A stretch of DNA of 64,000 bases, taken from the NCBI GenBank assembly GCA_030704615.1, contig CM060732.1:54870001-54934000 (forward strand). The letters are read 5' to 3'. The notes under the pieces were generated by a model. It was not told where the DNA came from and did not search any database. It worked only from the letters and a program-made list of their open reading frames with translations. Positions 10,756-23,680 of the stretch are shown in pieces (position 1 is the first letter of the stretch; the number at the start of each line of letters is the position of its first letter). Both the position numbers and the translations under genes were made by a program. This stretch comes from Takakia lepidozioides. Its lineage: Eukaryota > Plantae > Bryophyta.

Positions 10756-13700
10756 TGTCGCGGCCTTTTGCCTTGAGGGCAGGGGGGGTTGGGACACAAG
10801 AGGGGCTGCCCCTGTGGTGGGGGCAGTGGCAACAATAGGTACGGGGGCCGAAGCACCCTTGAGTGCCTAAGGTACTCAAAGAGGCGGAGGCGCTCACTAG
10901 GTGGAGCCTCGCACACCGGGTGCCACGAGGGGTGGTGGTAGCTTAGTGGGTCTTAGTGGGGGTGGCATATGACTCACCATGGGGCGGAAACTTTGTGGTG
11001 GGAGTCGTGGGGAGTCTTCGGACTCACCACGGCCCAATGGGGCTGTGTGGGTGGGCCAAGACTCACCGCGACTCATCACCGGGAGTCAAGGGTTTTCGTG
11101 GTGGTTCGCCATAAAATGACTGGGTTGTTTGTGAAACCCCCGCGGACAGTCACAGAAGTATATATAGGGAGCAGTAACCCCGAGAACGGTGCGAGCCCGT
11201 TGGTGACCAAAAACTAGTGAGTAAGCGTGCGAGCCGGAAACTGACCAAGGTGTGGGGAGCTGTTCTGGACTGTCATCGACCAAAGAGAATTTTCACTTGG
11301 CCCAAATTGAGAGAGGGTCTCGTGGAGGAGTAAAGGGGGACCGTTATGTCTCGGTGAGCAGCCGAAGCTCGGGGTTGGCCCAGCGGCCAGTTTGGGAGTT
11401 AGGCGCGCACATCACAGCGAGTGACTATGACTTGAAGGGGAGCTTACCGAAGTGAAGTGCGCGACACTTGGTATCAGAGCTTAGAGTTCAGTACGCGATT
11501 GTGCTTGAAATCGGCCTCATCACGGGGTCAGGCAAGTCAAAGCGAAAGCGGAACGGCCCGAAAGATGATCATCCTAGTGAGCCCAATGGGAGCGACGTGT
11601 CACCGAAGCGGCAATTTGAGGAGGCGATTCATGCTTTTGAAAGCAAGGCCGCGCAAGAACGAGAGGAATCTGAGGAGTCGGAGCCCGAGGACCTCCCGGA
11701 GGCTCCGCCAGACCAACAGATGTCTCCCATGCCAGCAGCCTTTTGGGAAGGGTTGTTGACGCAGTTTGGCGGGACGTTGAAAGACATGTTGAAGGCTGTT
11801 AATGCCACTTCCACTAAGGCAAAGTTTAAGGTGAAGCCTAAGGAACCCGGCACCTTCGAGGGCGTCCGAAATCGTAAGGCACTCAATACCTAACTCTTGA
11901 AGCTAGAGGAGTACTTCCGGGCGGCCAAGTTGAGTGACGAGGATTGGGTGCAAGTGGCTCCCACCTATTTGAGGGGCTATGCTCAACAATGGTGTCAAAA
12001 ACGTCTTTATGACCGAGGTCCAATCCCAAAAACCTTGAGCTGGAGTGGGTTCAAGGAGCTTACGAAAAGACTGTTTGTGCTCCTCAACGCGTCTTGGCTC
12101 GCCCGGGACAAGATGAGGAATTTGAAGCAAACGGATGATATTCGGGGATATGTTCAGGCTTTCAATGTGCTGTTACTCAAAGTCGCGGACATGGCAGAAC
12201 CAGAAATGGTCTTCAACTTTGTGGCGGGACTGGCTCCATGGGCAAGGCGGAAGTTGGAGGACAAGTCACCTAAGACTTTGAACGAGGCAATTGAAATGGC
12301 TAAATGTTTCTCGGATGTCCCTAGGGGATAATTTCCGAAACTAACGTGTCGTTGTTGGTGGACACAGAAGCATCGCACTCCTTCATGACACCGGCAACGA
12401 CACGGAAGCTGGGGCTCCCGACAAATGATGTGGGGGCCTCCATTGAAGTGTGTTCTGTCAAAGGATAACCACAATTGGCGACGAGGTTGACGTTTGATGT
12501 TCCTCTTCAGCTCGGGAGTTAGGAGAGACGTGAGAATTTCACCATTTGCGAGATCGATGGAGTGGATCTCATTTTTGGGAATGACATTTTTGAGCAAATC
12601 CGGAGCAGTCATGGATGGCCGCAAGAGAGTAGTCACGCTACCGTGTGCAAATGGTGGCGAAATTTTACGAGTGTCGCAAACGCCCAACCCCGTGGGAGTG
12701 CGAATAAACCTTATGTCAGCAAGAGAGTGGGCCGTGGAGAAGCCACACGAGCCCCAGTTTTTGCTTTACGTAAGACAAGTGGGGGGAGAAGGCGATAGGG
12801 AGCCGAGCCCAGATTGGATCAAAGAGATCTTGGAGAAATACCAGGATGTGATGCTGGAGGATTTACTAAGCGGCTTGCCACCGCGAAGAGGAGTTGACCA
12901 CAAGATAGAGGTGATATCAGGATCGGAGCCGCCTACCAAAGCGCCCTACCGGTTGAGCCACAGAAAGTTGGTCGAGTTGAAAGCCCAGCTCAAGGATCTA
13001 ATGTCAAAGGGGTCTATCCGGCCGAGTAAGTCACATTACGAAGCTCCGGTGTTATTCGCAGACAAGAAGGATGGGACGTTGCGAATGTGTGTCGATTACA
13101 GGGCTTTGAATAAGGTGACCGGTACCCTTTGCCAAGGATCGACGACCTCTTCGATCGGTTGGCAGGAGCAAAATATTTCAGCCGGATCGATTTGCACTCC
13201 GGCTACCATTAAATCCGAGTGGTGGAAGGAGATGAGGGGAAGACCGCGTGCAGGACAAGACATGGTTCATATGAGTTCTTGGTGATGCCTTTTGGGCTCA
13301 CCAACGCACCTGCGACCTTTAGCACACTAATGAACAACATTTTCCAAAAGTGGTTGGATGACTTTGTGATCGTGTACATCGACGACATCTTGGTGTACTC
13401 GAAAACAAAGGAAGAGCACATGTAGCACCTCAAAATGATGTTCCAGAAATTGCGGGAAGAGAAGCTGTATGCCAAAGCTTCAAAGTGCGAATTCGGGGTC
13501 ACAAAAGTGGAGTTCCTAGGGCATGTGATTATACAGGATGGGATCAAAATAGATGAGAGAAAGGTGAGGGCGATCTTGGACTGGGATCCTCCGACTTCGG
13601 TCCCGGGAGTGCGATCCTTCCTAGGACTTGCCTCCTATTACCGAAAATATGTGAGAAATTTTGTCAAGATCGCGGGGCCGCTGTCGGACCTTCTGTGTAA

Positions 13701-16700
13701 GTCCAAGGTATGGGTATGAAACACCTTTTGTGGCCAAGCTTTTGCTGAGTTGAAGCAGCGGATGGCGAAAGCTCCGGTCCTGAAAATCCCAGAGTTCGAC
13801 CGTCCATTTGAGATTCATACAGATGCGTCAGACTTCGCAATTGGGGGTGTACTCATGTAGGATAGACGTCCAGTGGCTCACAAAAATAAGAAACTAAATG
13901 AACTGGAGCGACGGTGGCCTACGCACAAGAAAGAAATGAATGCGGTGGTACACTGCCTTGAGCTTTGGTGCCACTATGTTGGTTCCAACCCGGTGAAGGT
14001 GTTTACGGATAATGTCACGGTGAAGTATTTTGCCACATAGCCTAAGTTGTCCCCAAAACAATTTAGGTGGCAAGACACTTTGGCGGTGTTCGACGTGGAT
14101 ATCAAGTACAAACCGGGACGGGACAATGTGGTGGCCGATGCTTTAAGTAGAAAGCAGCAGCTCATGTTGGTATACAGGGGCGAGACAGCGCTCCAAAGGA
14201 AGATCCGGAAGGCGTACCGGAAGGATGAGATGGCGAAGTCCGTGATGCGGGACTTGAGGATAGGGTTAAATCGCAGTTCCATTTGCACAATGGACTGCTT
14301 CAGTACAAGCAAAAGCATCTCTACGTGCCGAATGGAGGGATCAGAGATAGTCTCTTGAAATAATGCCATAATGGCCCGCTTGCGGGCCACGGTGGAGCTA
14401 AGCGCACCGGGACACTCTTGAATAAAGAGTATTTATGGCCCAAACTGAGGGAGGAGGCCGAGGAGTATGTCAAGACATGCACTACATGCCAACAAAATCG
14501 GAGCGAGTACAAAAAACAAGTGGGGCTGTTACAACCCTTGCCGATTCCAGAGGTGTCTTGGGAAAATGTCTCGATGGATTTCATGATTACTATACCGCTG
14601 TCAAAAGGATTCAATGCAATCATGGTGGTGGTGGATAGGTTCAGTAAAATGGGCCATTTAATTCTCACTAAAGAGACGGCAACGGCACAGGAGACGAGGC
14701 GACTTTACTTCGCCCACGTCTTCAAGCATCATGGACTCCCGAAGGATATTGTCTCGGACCGTGATCCAAAGTTTACATGTAAATTTTGGAGGGCACTTTG
14801 GAAGAAGATGGGGACGAGACTCAAGATGAGTACGGCCTTCCGACCTACGACGGACGGCCAAACGGAAAGAGTGAATTTCGTGGTGAAGCAGATCTTGCGG
14901 AATTATGTGTCGGCAGACCAATCAGACTAGGTGGAGCACTTGGATGCGGCAGAGTTCTGTTATAATAACATAAAACACTCCGCAACGGGAGTTTCCCCTT
15001 TCGTATTGGTCTATGGAAAAGCACCTTTGGTGCCGACAAGTTGGGCCGCCCAGGACGTTGGAGAATCGGCAGCAGTAGCGGTGCTCGAAGAACGCAAGCG
15101 TTTGTAGAAGCTCACAAAGTACAACATTGCCAAATCTAGAAAATGGTATAAACGGCAGGCGAATCGGAAGCGGAGGGAAGTTAAGTTTGAGGCAGGCACG
15201 GAGGTCTGGTTGAACATCAAAGAATTTTCGACTACCTCCGGAAGTGTGTCCGAAGTTCGTACCTCCGTATGCGGGGCCCTTTCGCATCCGAAAGGTTATG
15301 AATGAGGATGTGTACGAATTGGAGCTGCCGGAAAATAACAAGGTGCATCCGGTATTCCACGTCTCCCTTTTGAAGCCTTACTTCAAAGATGAAGCGCGTC
15401 CGAATCGGCATCAAGTGTTGCGTCCGCCACCTGTGTTGTTGGATCATGAAAATGAACCTGAGTACGAGGTGGAGACAGTGCTTAAGTCGAGGAGGTTCAA
15501 GAATCGAGAAATGGAGTATCTTGTGAAATGGAATGGCTATCAGCAAGTGGAGGTAACTTGGGTGTGTGGGATGAAATGCATGCTTAGTCCGGCTTAGCTA
15601 GCTCAGGAATCCGATTGCAAAAACTTGTATTGTACAAGTTTTGGTATAAATGAAATGGTTTCCAAATGTTGTGTGTCTTATTTTGTTTGGAATGGTGATA
15701 CATGGTATGGTTGGCTAGTGTGTAGAATGCATGTTAGCTTACAAAAGTGGGAGAGGTAAATTGGATTAATCGTGTATTTGCGTAGTGCCAAAATCAGGTG
15801 ACTCCCATCCAAGGAGCAAGAAAACTTGCGCCTTCTTTGGGAGTTCACGTGCTAGTTCACACCTGGCGCGTGCGCGTACTATAATTGCGCTATCGAGGGG
15901 GTTGCCTTGTAGTGCGGGCTAACGCGGAAGTTACGTGCTTCCGTTCACGTACTATAATCGTGTAGCCTCGGGACAAAGTCGTAGTGCGGCTTCGGCGTGT
16001 TCCCGTACCTCAGGCCAACATTCCAAGGCGGACCCAATTGTAGTGATTGGGGCGCATGGTTAGTTCAAGGTGAACCCTTGCTCAAGGTGATGCTAAAAGT
16101 GGCATCATGAGTGGTCGCAAGCAATGTTGTTGCAGTAAGGCGATTCGATCCTCGGGGAGGATCCTTCTTTGGCCTTGAAGTAGGCCAAGAAGAGCACTGG
16201 GTGGAGCTTGAGAGGCTCCACCCTTGGCCGGGACTTGGAGGAAGTCGGCCGAACTAGCTAGTGAAGAGTTGAGTTAAGTGGGGGTTTGGTTCTTTGCCAT
16301 GGGACGCCATGGTACGGAAACAAACTCCTTGATGTGGGACGCCACAACTTGGATGTTCGTTTCTACAAATGGACCAGTCGATGAGGACATCGACTCCCTA
16401 TTGGTAGGGGTGTGTATCGCGGCCCTTTGCCTTGAGGGCAGGGGGGGTCGAGACACAAGAGGGGCTGCCCCTGTGGTGGGGGCAGTGGCAACAAATAGGT
16501 ACGGGGGCCGAAGCATCCTTGAGTGCCCAAGGCACTCAAGGAGGCGGAGGCGCTCACTCGGTAGAGCCCCGCACACCGGGTTGCGGTGGGGGTGGTTCCA
16601 CGAGGGGTGGTGGTAGCTTAGTGGGTCTTAGTGGGGGGTGGCATAGGACTCACCATGGGGCGGAAACCTTGTGGTGGAAGTCGTGGGGAGTCTTCGGACT

Positions 16701-17140
16701 CACCACGGCCCAATGGGGCTGTATGGGTGGGCCAAGACTCACCGCGACTCATCACCGGGAGTCGAGGGTTTTCGTGGTGGTTCGCCATAAAATGACTGGG
16801 TTGTTTGTGAAACCCCCGCGGACAGTCACAGAAGTATATATAGAGAGCAGTAACCCCGAGAACGGTGCAAGCCCGTTGGTGACCAAAAACTAGTGAGTAA
16901 GCGTGCGAGCCGGAAAGCGACCAAGGTGTGGGGAGCTGTTCCGGACTGCCATCGACCAAAGGGAATTTCCACTTGCCCAAATTGGGAGAGGGTCTTGTGG
17001 AGGAATAAAGGGGGACCGTTATGTCTCGGTGAGCAACTGTAGCTCTGAGTTGGCCCGGCGGCCAGTTTGGGAGTTAGAGCGCGCATCAAAGCAAGTAACT
17101 ATGACTTGAAGGGGAGCTTACCGAAGTGAGGTGCACGACA
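10756..17140 (+). mobile_element. Ty3/Gypsy chromovirus (Tcn1-like) copy A, degenerate; LTRs 10756-11466 and 16415-17140
   Basis: LTRs TGTCGCGG...GCGACA, tRNA-iMet PBS TGGTATCAGAGC at 11469-11480, gag, protease, RT (YIDD), RNase H, integrase, chromodomain (PEYEVETVL..EYLVKWNGY), PPT-like tract 16402-16414; many stops and frameshifts. Confidence 0.95.
11469..11480 (+). promoter_or_regulatory. Primer-binding site (tRNA-iMet) of chromovirus A
   Basis: TGGTATCAGAGC starts 3 nt after the 5' LTR end. Confidence 0.9.
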
Positions 17141-17199
17141 GCCGTGCAAACACAAACTTTGTTCTCGTATTTTTTTCTACTCGTATTAATGAGGCTGCT

Positions 17200-20100
17200 T
17201 CCCGTATAACTTTTTCTTTCAAGGCCTCTTCAAATGACACCCGCATTTCATGATCCTCCTGCTACACCATCATGAGGCACTCACACTCCAGCTCCAACAA
17301 CGCAGCTTCCACAACATCTGTGCGTGTGAGCAACGGCCTCCATGTTGCCTCTACTTCTTGTTGAGCTCTTGAATTACACTTTACCGGGGGTGTGATCGGT
17401 TCCTTATACAAATCACCACCATTGCAGGTTGTATAAAGCACAACCTTTTCTTCCTCCTCCTCACTATCTTCGTCTGAACTAGTACTAATGCTCACATTCT
17501 GATGGTCGCATTTTTTCTGCCAAAATTTGCTGTGCCTGATAATTCCCGGCATGATATCACGTTAGCACTCAAGGGAAGAGGCCGATCGCCCCATGTCACA
17601 AGCACCGAGTAGCGTGCATCAATCTCCCCCAGTTCCCTTTGCAGATGTTCGAGGGTCCAGTCTAGGCCGGGATCTAACACTGAAGCTGGGGACACTGAGG
17701 GCTATTGGGACAAAATAGAACAACGCGGGATGAAAGGTGCTACAAGATTTCGAGCAGTCTTGGGGCAAAGGCGGAACGAGTCTTCCCAACAACCTGCACT
17801 TTTGTTGGCCAGACACCATCCCCCCTCAATGGGAGGAGGCAGACTTGAATTGGCGTCACAAGAGAACTAGGGATCCAAGGCTGATCGCCCCATGTCACAA
17901 GCACCAAGTAGCGGGCATCAATCTCCCCCAGCTCCCTTTGCAGATCTTCGAGGGTCCAGTCCGGGCTGGGATCTAGTACCAAAGTTAGGGACACGGAGGG
18001 CTGTTGGGACAAAGTAGAACAATGCGGGCGGAAGATCCTCTAAGATTTTGAGCAATCTTGGGGCAAAGGCGGCACCAGTCTTCTCAACAATCTACACTTC
18101 GCTGGTTAGACAACATGCATTTTCGCTGGCCAAACACCATTCCCCCTCAATGTGAAGTCCCTTGGTGAGGGGGAGGAGGCAGACTTGAATTGATATCACA
18201 AGAGAGCTAGAGATCCAAAATTTAGAGTTCGGTTGAAATTGTGATACCTCAAGCCTCTCTGCTCTGCCTCACCTCTGTCCTCGATTCCTTTTCAGTTCCC
18301 TTGCAGCTACGACTTCCCACGGATCTCTTCCTACCTCTCATTCGCTGTCTTCTATTGGCTACCAGACGAACTGAATCTGGACGAACTAAATTTGGAACAC
18401 TTCTGAATAAGAAAAAGAAATAAGAAAAAAAATGATGAAAATATTAAACGATCTTTATTTACTCTTACGTTTATTTTTATCCATAAGGTAGGTAATAACT
18501 AATAACTTAGGAACAAAGTTCTTTAGGAATGAGCCATAAATCGTGATGAGGGAATAATGATGGACGAACTAAATCTGGAACCTTCCTGAAAAAAAAAATG
18601 ATGAAAATATTAAACGATCTTTATTTACTCTTACATTTATTTTTATCCACAAAGTAGGTAAAACTTGGGGGACAAAGTTCTTTAGGAAGCAGCCACGAGT
18701 TGTGAGGAGGGAACGGAGATGGACGAACTAAATCTGGACAAATTGACGGATGAGGATAGAAAACCCTAAAACTATTGCAAGATTGCTACTATGACTTCTT
18801 CTTTCAAGGCCTCTTCAAATGACACCTGCCTTTCATGATCCTCGTCCTGCACCCTCATGAGAGTCCGCTCACGCTCCAGCTCCAACAACGCAACTTCCAC
18901 AACATCTGTGCGTGTGAGCAACGGCCTCCATGTTGTCTTTGTTTCTTGTTGAGGTCTTGAATTATATTTTTCCGGGGGTGTGATAGGTTTCTTATTCAAA
19001 TCACCACCACTGCACAAGTTGTATAAAGCACAACATTTTCTTCTTCCTTGTCACTATCTTCGTCTGAATCAGTATCAAATGCATTCTGAAGGTCGCATTT
19101 TTTCTGCCAGAATTTGCTGCGGCTGATACTTCCGGGCATGAATTACACTTTTCCGGGGGTGTGATAGGTTTCTTATTCAAATCACCACCACTGCAAGTTG
19201 TATAAAGCACAATTTTTTCTTCCTCCTCGTCACTATCTTCGTCTGAATCAGTATCAAATGCATTCTGAAGGTCGCATTTTTTCTGCCAGAATTTGCTGCG
19301 GCTGATACTTCCGGGCATGAATTACACTTTTCCGGGGGTGTGATAGGTTTCTTATTCAAATCACCACCACTGCAAGTTGTATAAAGCACAATTTTTTCTT
19401 CCTCCTCGTCACTATCTTCGTCTGAATCAGTATCAAATGCATTTTGAAGGTCGCATTTTTTCTGCCAGAATTTGCTGCGGCTGATACTTCCGGGCATGAA
19501 TTACACTTTTCCGGGGGTGTGATAGGTTTCTTATTCAAATCACCACCACTGCAAGTTGTATAAAGCACAATTTTTTCTTCCTCCTCGTCACTATCTTCGT
19601 CTGAATCAGTATCAAATGCATTTTGAAGGTCGCATTTTTTCTGCCAGAATTTGCTGCGGCTGATACTTCCGGGCATGAATTACACTTTTCCGGGGGTGTG
19701 ATAGGTTTCTTATTCAAATCACCACCACTGCAAGTTGTATAAAGCACAATTTTTTCTTCCTCCTCGTCACTATCTTCGTCTATATCAGTATCAAATGTTC
19801 GCATTTTGAAGGTCGCACTTTTCCTACCAAAATTTGCTGGGGCTGATAATTCCCAGCATGATATCCCGTTAGCATTCAAGGGGGAGAGGCCAATCGCCCC
19901 ATGTCACAACCTCCGAGTAGTGGGCATCACTCTCCCCTAGCTCTCTTTGCACATCTTCGAGGGTCCAGTCTGGGCTTGGATCTAGTACCGAAGCTAAAGA
20001 CACGGAGGGTTGTTGGGACAGGGTAGAACAGATAGACTTGAATTGGCGTCACAAGAGAGCTAGGGATCCAAAATTTAGAACTTGGTTGAAATTGTGATAT

Positions 20101-21292
20101 TTCAAGCCTATCTGCTCTGCGTTACCTTTGTCCTCGATTCCTTTTCACTTCCCTCGCAACTGGGTTGGGGGGGGGGGGAGTGACTGAGCAGCAGCACGGA
20201 TCTTCTCCTGCCTCTCACTCCTTCTCTTTCATATTGTCTACTAGACGAACTAAATCTGGATGAACCAAATCTGGAACCTTTCTGAAATATAAAAAGAAAT
20301 AGAAAAAGAAGTGATAAAAATATTAAACGATCTTTATTTATTGTTACGCTTACTTTTATCCACAATATAGATAATAACTAATAACTTGGGGATACAGTTC
20401 TTTAGGAAGTAGCCACAAGTCGTGAGAGGGAACAGAGATGGATGAACTAATCTGAACGAACTAAATCTGGACGAAGATAGACAAACTAAATCTGGAACTT
20501 TTCTGAAAAAAATAAATGATGAAAATATTAAACGATCTTTATTTATTCTTACGTTTATTTTTATCCACAAGGTAGATAAAACTTGGGGGACAAAGTTCTT
20601 TAGGAAGCAGCCACGAGTCGTGAGGAGGGAACGGAGATGGACGAACTAAATCTGGACAGATTGATGGATGAGGATAGAAAACCCTAAAACTGTTGCAAGA
20701 TTGTTGCTATGACTTCTTCCTTCAAGGCCTCTTTAGATGACACCTGCCTTTCATGATCCTCGTCCTGCACCCTCATGAGAGTCTGCTCACGCTCCAGCTC
20801 CAACAACGCAGCTTCCACAACATCTGTGCGTGTGAGCACCAGCCTCCATGTTGCTTTTGTTTTTTGTTCAGGTTTTGAATTACACTTTTTTGGGGTGTGA
20901 TAGGTTCCTTATTTAAATACCGCCATTGCACAAGTTGTATAAACCACAACCTTTTCTTCCTCCTCTTCACTATCTTCGTCTGAATCAGTATCAAATGCTC
21001 GCATTCTGAAGGTCGCACTTTTTCTGCTAGAATTTGCTGCGGCTGATAATTCTGGGCATGAATTACACTTTTCCGGGGGTGTGATAGGTTTCTTATTCAA
21101 ATCACCACCACTGCAGGTCGTATAAAGCACAACCTTTTCTTCTTTCTCATCATTATCTTCGTCTGAATCAGTATCAAATGCTCACATTTTGAATGTCGCA
21201 CTTTTCCTACCAAAATTTGCTGGCGCTGATAATTCTCGGCATGATATCCCGTTAACATTCAAGGGGGGAGGCAGATCGCCCCATATCACAGC
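17200..21292 (-). repeat. Cluster of tandem/partial duplications of the GLE1 5' fragment + AT-rich promoter module
   Basis: Repeated DPxPDWTLEDLQRELGEIDARY, ATFRMRAFDTDSDEDSEEEEE and VVEAALLELERE...VSFEEALKEEV segments interleaved with aaacgatctttatttactctta/gatggacgaactaaatctgga modules. Confidence 0.85.
18958..19860. repeat. 179-bp tandem array (~5 near-identical units)
   Basis: tgaattacacttttccgggggtgtgatagg recurs at 19139, 19318, 19497 and 19676 (period 179), with a variant at 18958; two more related units at ~20877-21240. Confidence 0.92.
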
Positions 21293-21651
21293 CAATATTG
21301 GCCGGGTCTCATGTTTTGGATTTTTTTCCGGGTCCGGGTATGACATTTTCATCGAGGGTGGAGCATAGCCAGGTATGCATAATGCAAAGATTTGAGAATT
21401 CCCTTGGGTACAAGTTATCAAACAAGAGCCATTTCATGATTTGTGCCGGTTATCAATATCCCGGTTAATTGAGCTGTCGTGCGCATACATATCGCTACAC
21501 AACTACATCGCTGTCCAAAACCACACAACACATGTGCACACCACACACTAGTATACCACTAGTCCACCACTAGTCCAACCACTAGGCTACACCTAGTCAG
21601 TCACTAGGCTGCCACTATGCTGCCCACTATGGCAGTCACTAGTCCACACAA

Positions 21652-22167
21652 TGATAAAGAAGAAGAATACAAGCACAAGCTCATGCGAGCTCACAAGGCT
21701 GAAGCATAAACTCATGCATATATAACCTCATCACTCAAATACAAGTCAAGCCAAGTGCACCCCACGCCATGGGGAATCCACACTACGGCGCCATAGCTAG
21801 GCGCGGTGAGGCTCAACTCGAGAAAGATGAGCCTTCCGCGCTTGCCGTGAAGATAACCACTCCAGGGCCTAAATCTGCCTTGACCCCTGGATTGACACTT
21901 GGGCCAATCCCAAATGTCAATATGTAAAGCTAGCTATTTCCTAGCTAGTTTCACACTAGTGGTAAAATAACTTGACAGCTGTCGTGCGCATACATATCGC
22001 TACACAACTATATCGCTGTCCAAAACCACACAACACATGTGCACACCACACACTAGTATACCACTAGTCCACCACTAGTCCAACCACTAGTCCAACCACT
22101 AGGCTACAACTAGTCAGTCACTAGGCTGCCACTATGCTGCCCACTATGGCAGTCACTAGTCCATACA
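21652..22167 (-). repeat. Complete 3' LTR (A-GC-B, 516 bp) of the DNMT-Gypsy
   Basis: Starts TGTATGG right after PPT-like CTAGGGGGGCGAT (22168-22180) and ends TTTATCA; A is duplicated at 21475-21650 and B at 32729-33056. Confidence 0.85.
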
Positions 22168-22427
22168 ATCGCCCCCCTAGCTGGTGCTTAGGTCCCTCTA
22201 AGTCCAGGTAGCCACAAGATGTGATAGTGACCATAGCCTCACTAAGTCCTCCACCACTATCCCTACTACACTCAAACTCGATAGATCAAGAGGTCGGGTG
22301 CAAGAGTTGCCCCATCGTTAGTCACCGTCTTGCAACCTGTGAACTTGAGCTTGGGATCTCATGTATTGACTCCTATGAGCTTGGCCTCCCATGTCTTGTT
22401 AGCTGCCTCCAGTCATGTCCACTGTCA

Positions 22428-23680
22428 CTATCCCAAGCAGTGTGGGCACAACCAATCTCCGTCAGGAACCTTCCCAAGAGGTGGTGTCAAGCATCCCATA
22501 TGCCAACCCCTTGAGCATCGATCACACACCAGCATGGTGGCTGCCCCTTTGGCAGACCCACAGAGCATGCACCTCAAACCTGCAAGTACCACTGCCAAGT
22601 TTGGGTCAACTCTGACATCGACATTAGGAAGGTGACATGACGCACAATTATGCACATGGTCCTTCCAAGTCATGCCATCCCGACCCTCCAAGATCAGGAC
22701 CCCTGAGGGCAACACCTCTCGAACCCTCAGAATAACACGCCCTGCAGTAACATCCAGAGTCGTAGGAGCAGTCTGCTGCAAATAAACATAGTCACCAGGG
22801 CTAAACCTCCGAACCCCAGGACGATATCCTCCACCACGTATAGTGGCATACCTCAACGTATCACGGTGTTGTGCAATGGCAAGGTTCTCAAAAGCCATGG
22901 GCATGACTTTCTTGAACAACTCTGCACGCTGATCACATGCACGTACCCACACGTCCGGATCGTCAAGGTTAAGGACTTGAGCAGTGTCCCTACGAATGGC
23001 TGCAGGCAAATCCGGCTCTCGGCCAAAGAGAAGGAAATATGGTGAGAAGGAGGCAAGTGATGCTTGTTTGCTGAACCTGTAGCCCATGGCTAACCAAGGA
23101 ACCTGAAGATCCCTATCTCCTAGGTGTTTCTTCTGCAAGCCATACTTGCGCAAACCCCTCTTCACCGTCTGAACAACTCTCTCTGCTAAGCCATCGGCCT
23201 CAGGATGATCCCGAGAAGTGGTGCGGTGGTCTATCAAGGCTTTATCACACAAAGCCTGAAACTCCCCCAAGAACTCTCTTGGTCCGTGAGTACCTCAGCT
23301 AGAGCACCAAATCGGCTAAGCACACGATCCAAGAATGCATACGCAGCCCCCTCACTAGCCTTGTCAGGCAATGGAACCAACTCAATCCACTTGGAGAAGT
23401 GCTCCACCATCACCAACACATATCTGTGGTGGCGCATAGTCAGTGGCAACGGTCCTGCGAAGTCAAGACTCCACCTGTAGCCCAATCCCATGATTGGTAA
23501 AGGATGCAACTGTGGTGTAGGGGCGTTGAATGAAGCACGCACCCTGTCACACACCATGCACCTAGCCACGAACTATTGCACCTCTGTATGCATACCACGC
23601 CACCAATACTGCCCCTGCAGTAAACTGTGAGTGCGTCGCACTCCAAAATGCCCCAACTCCTCATGGGCATGCCGCACTAA
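22428..23680 (-). CDS. Integrase (HHCC + DDE core) with C-terminal PHD finger (~22428-22570); frameshifted
   Basis: HEELGH...CMVC, WSLDFAGP, VLTDQ, HPEADGLAERVVQTVK, then CMLC-x11-CDRC-x4-H-x2-C-LTPPLGKVPDGDWLCPHC (C4HC3). Confidence 0.92.

Noticed and set aside
10751-17145. TSD for chromovirus A
   Set aside because: Flanks TTCGT and GCCGT match only 3/5, so no TSD is claimed
18958-19860. CRISPR array or tandem small genes
   Set aside because: No unique spacers; the 179-bp period is not a multiple of 3; eukaryotic context
21475-21977. Reading B-T-A (503 bp, TG...CA) as an ordinary 3' LTR
   Set aside because: No PPT precedes it and the 5' end has only B. The PPT abuts A1 and the PBS abuts B1, which defines A-GC-B as the LTR.
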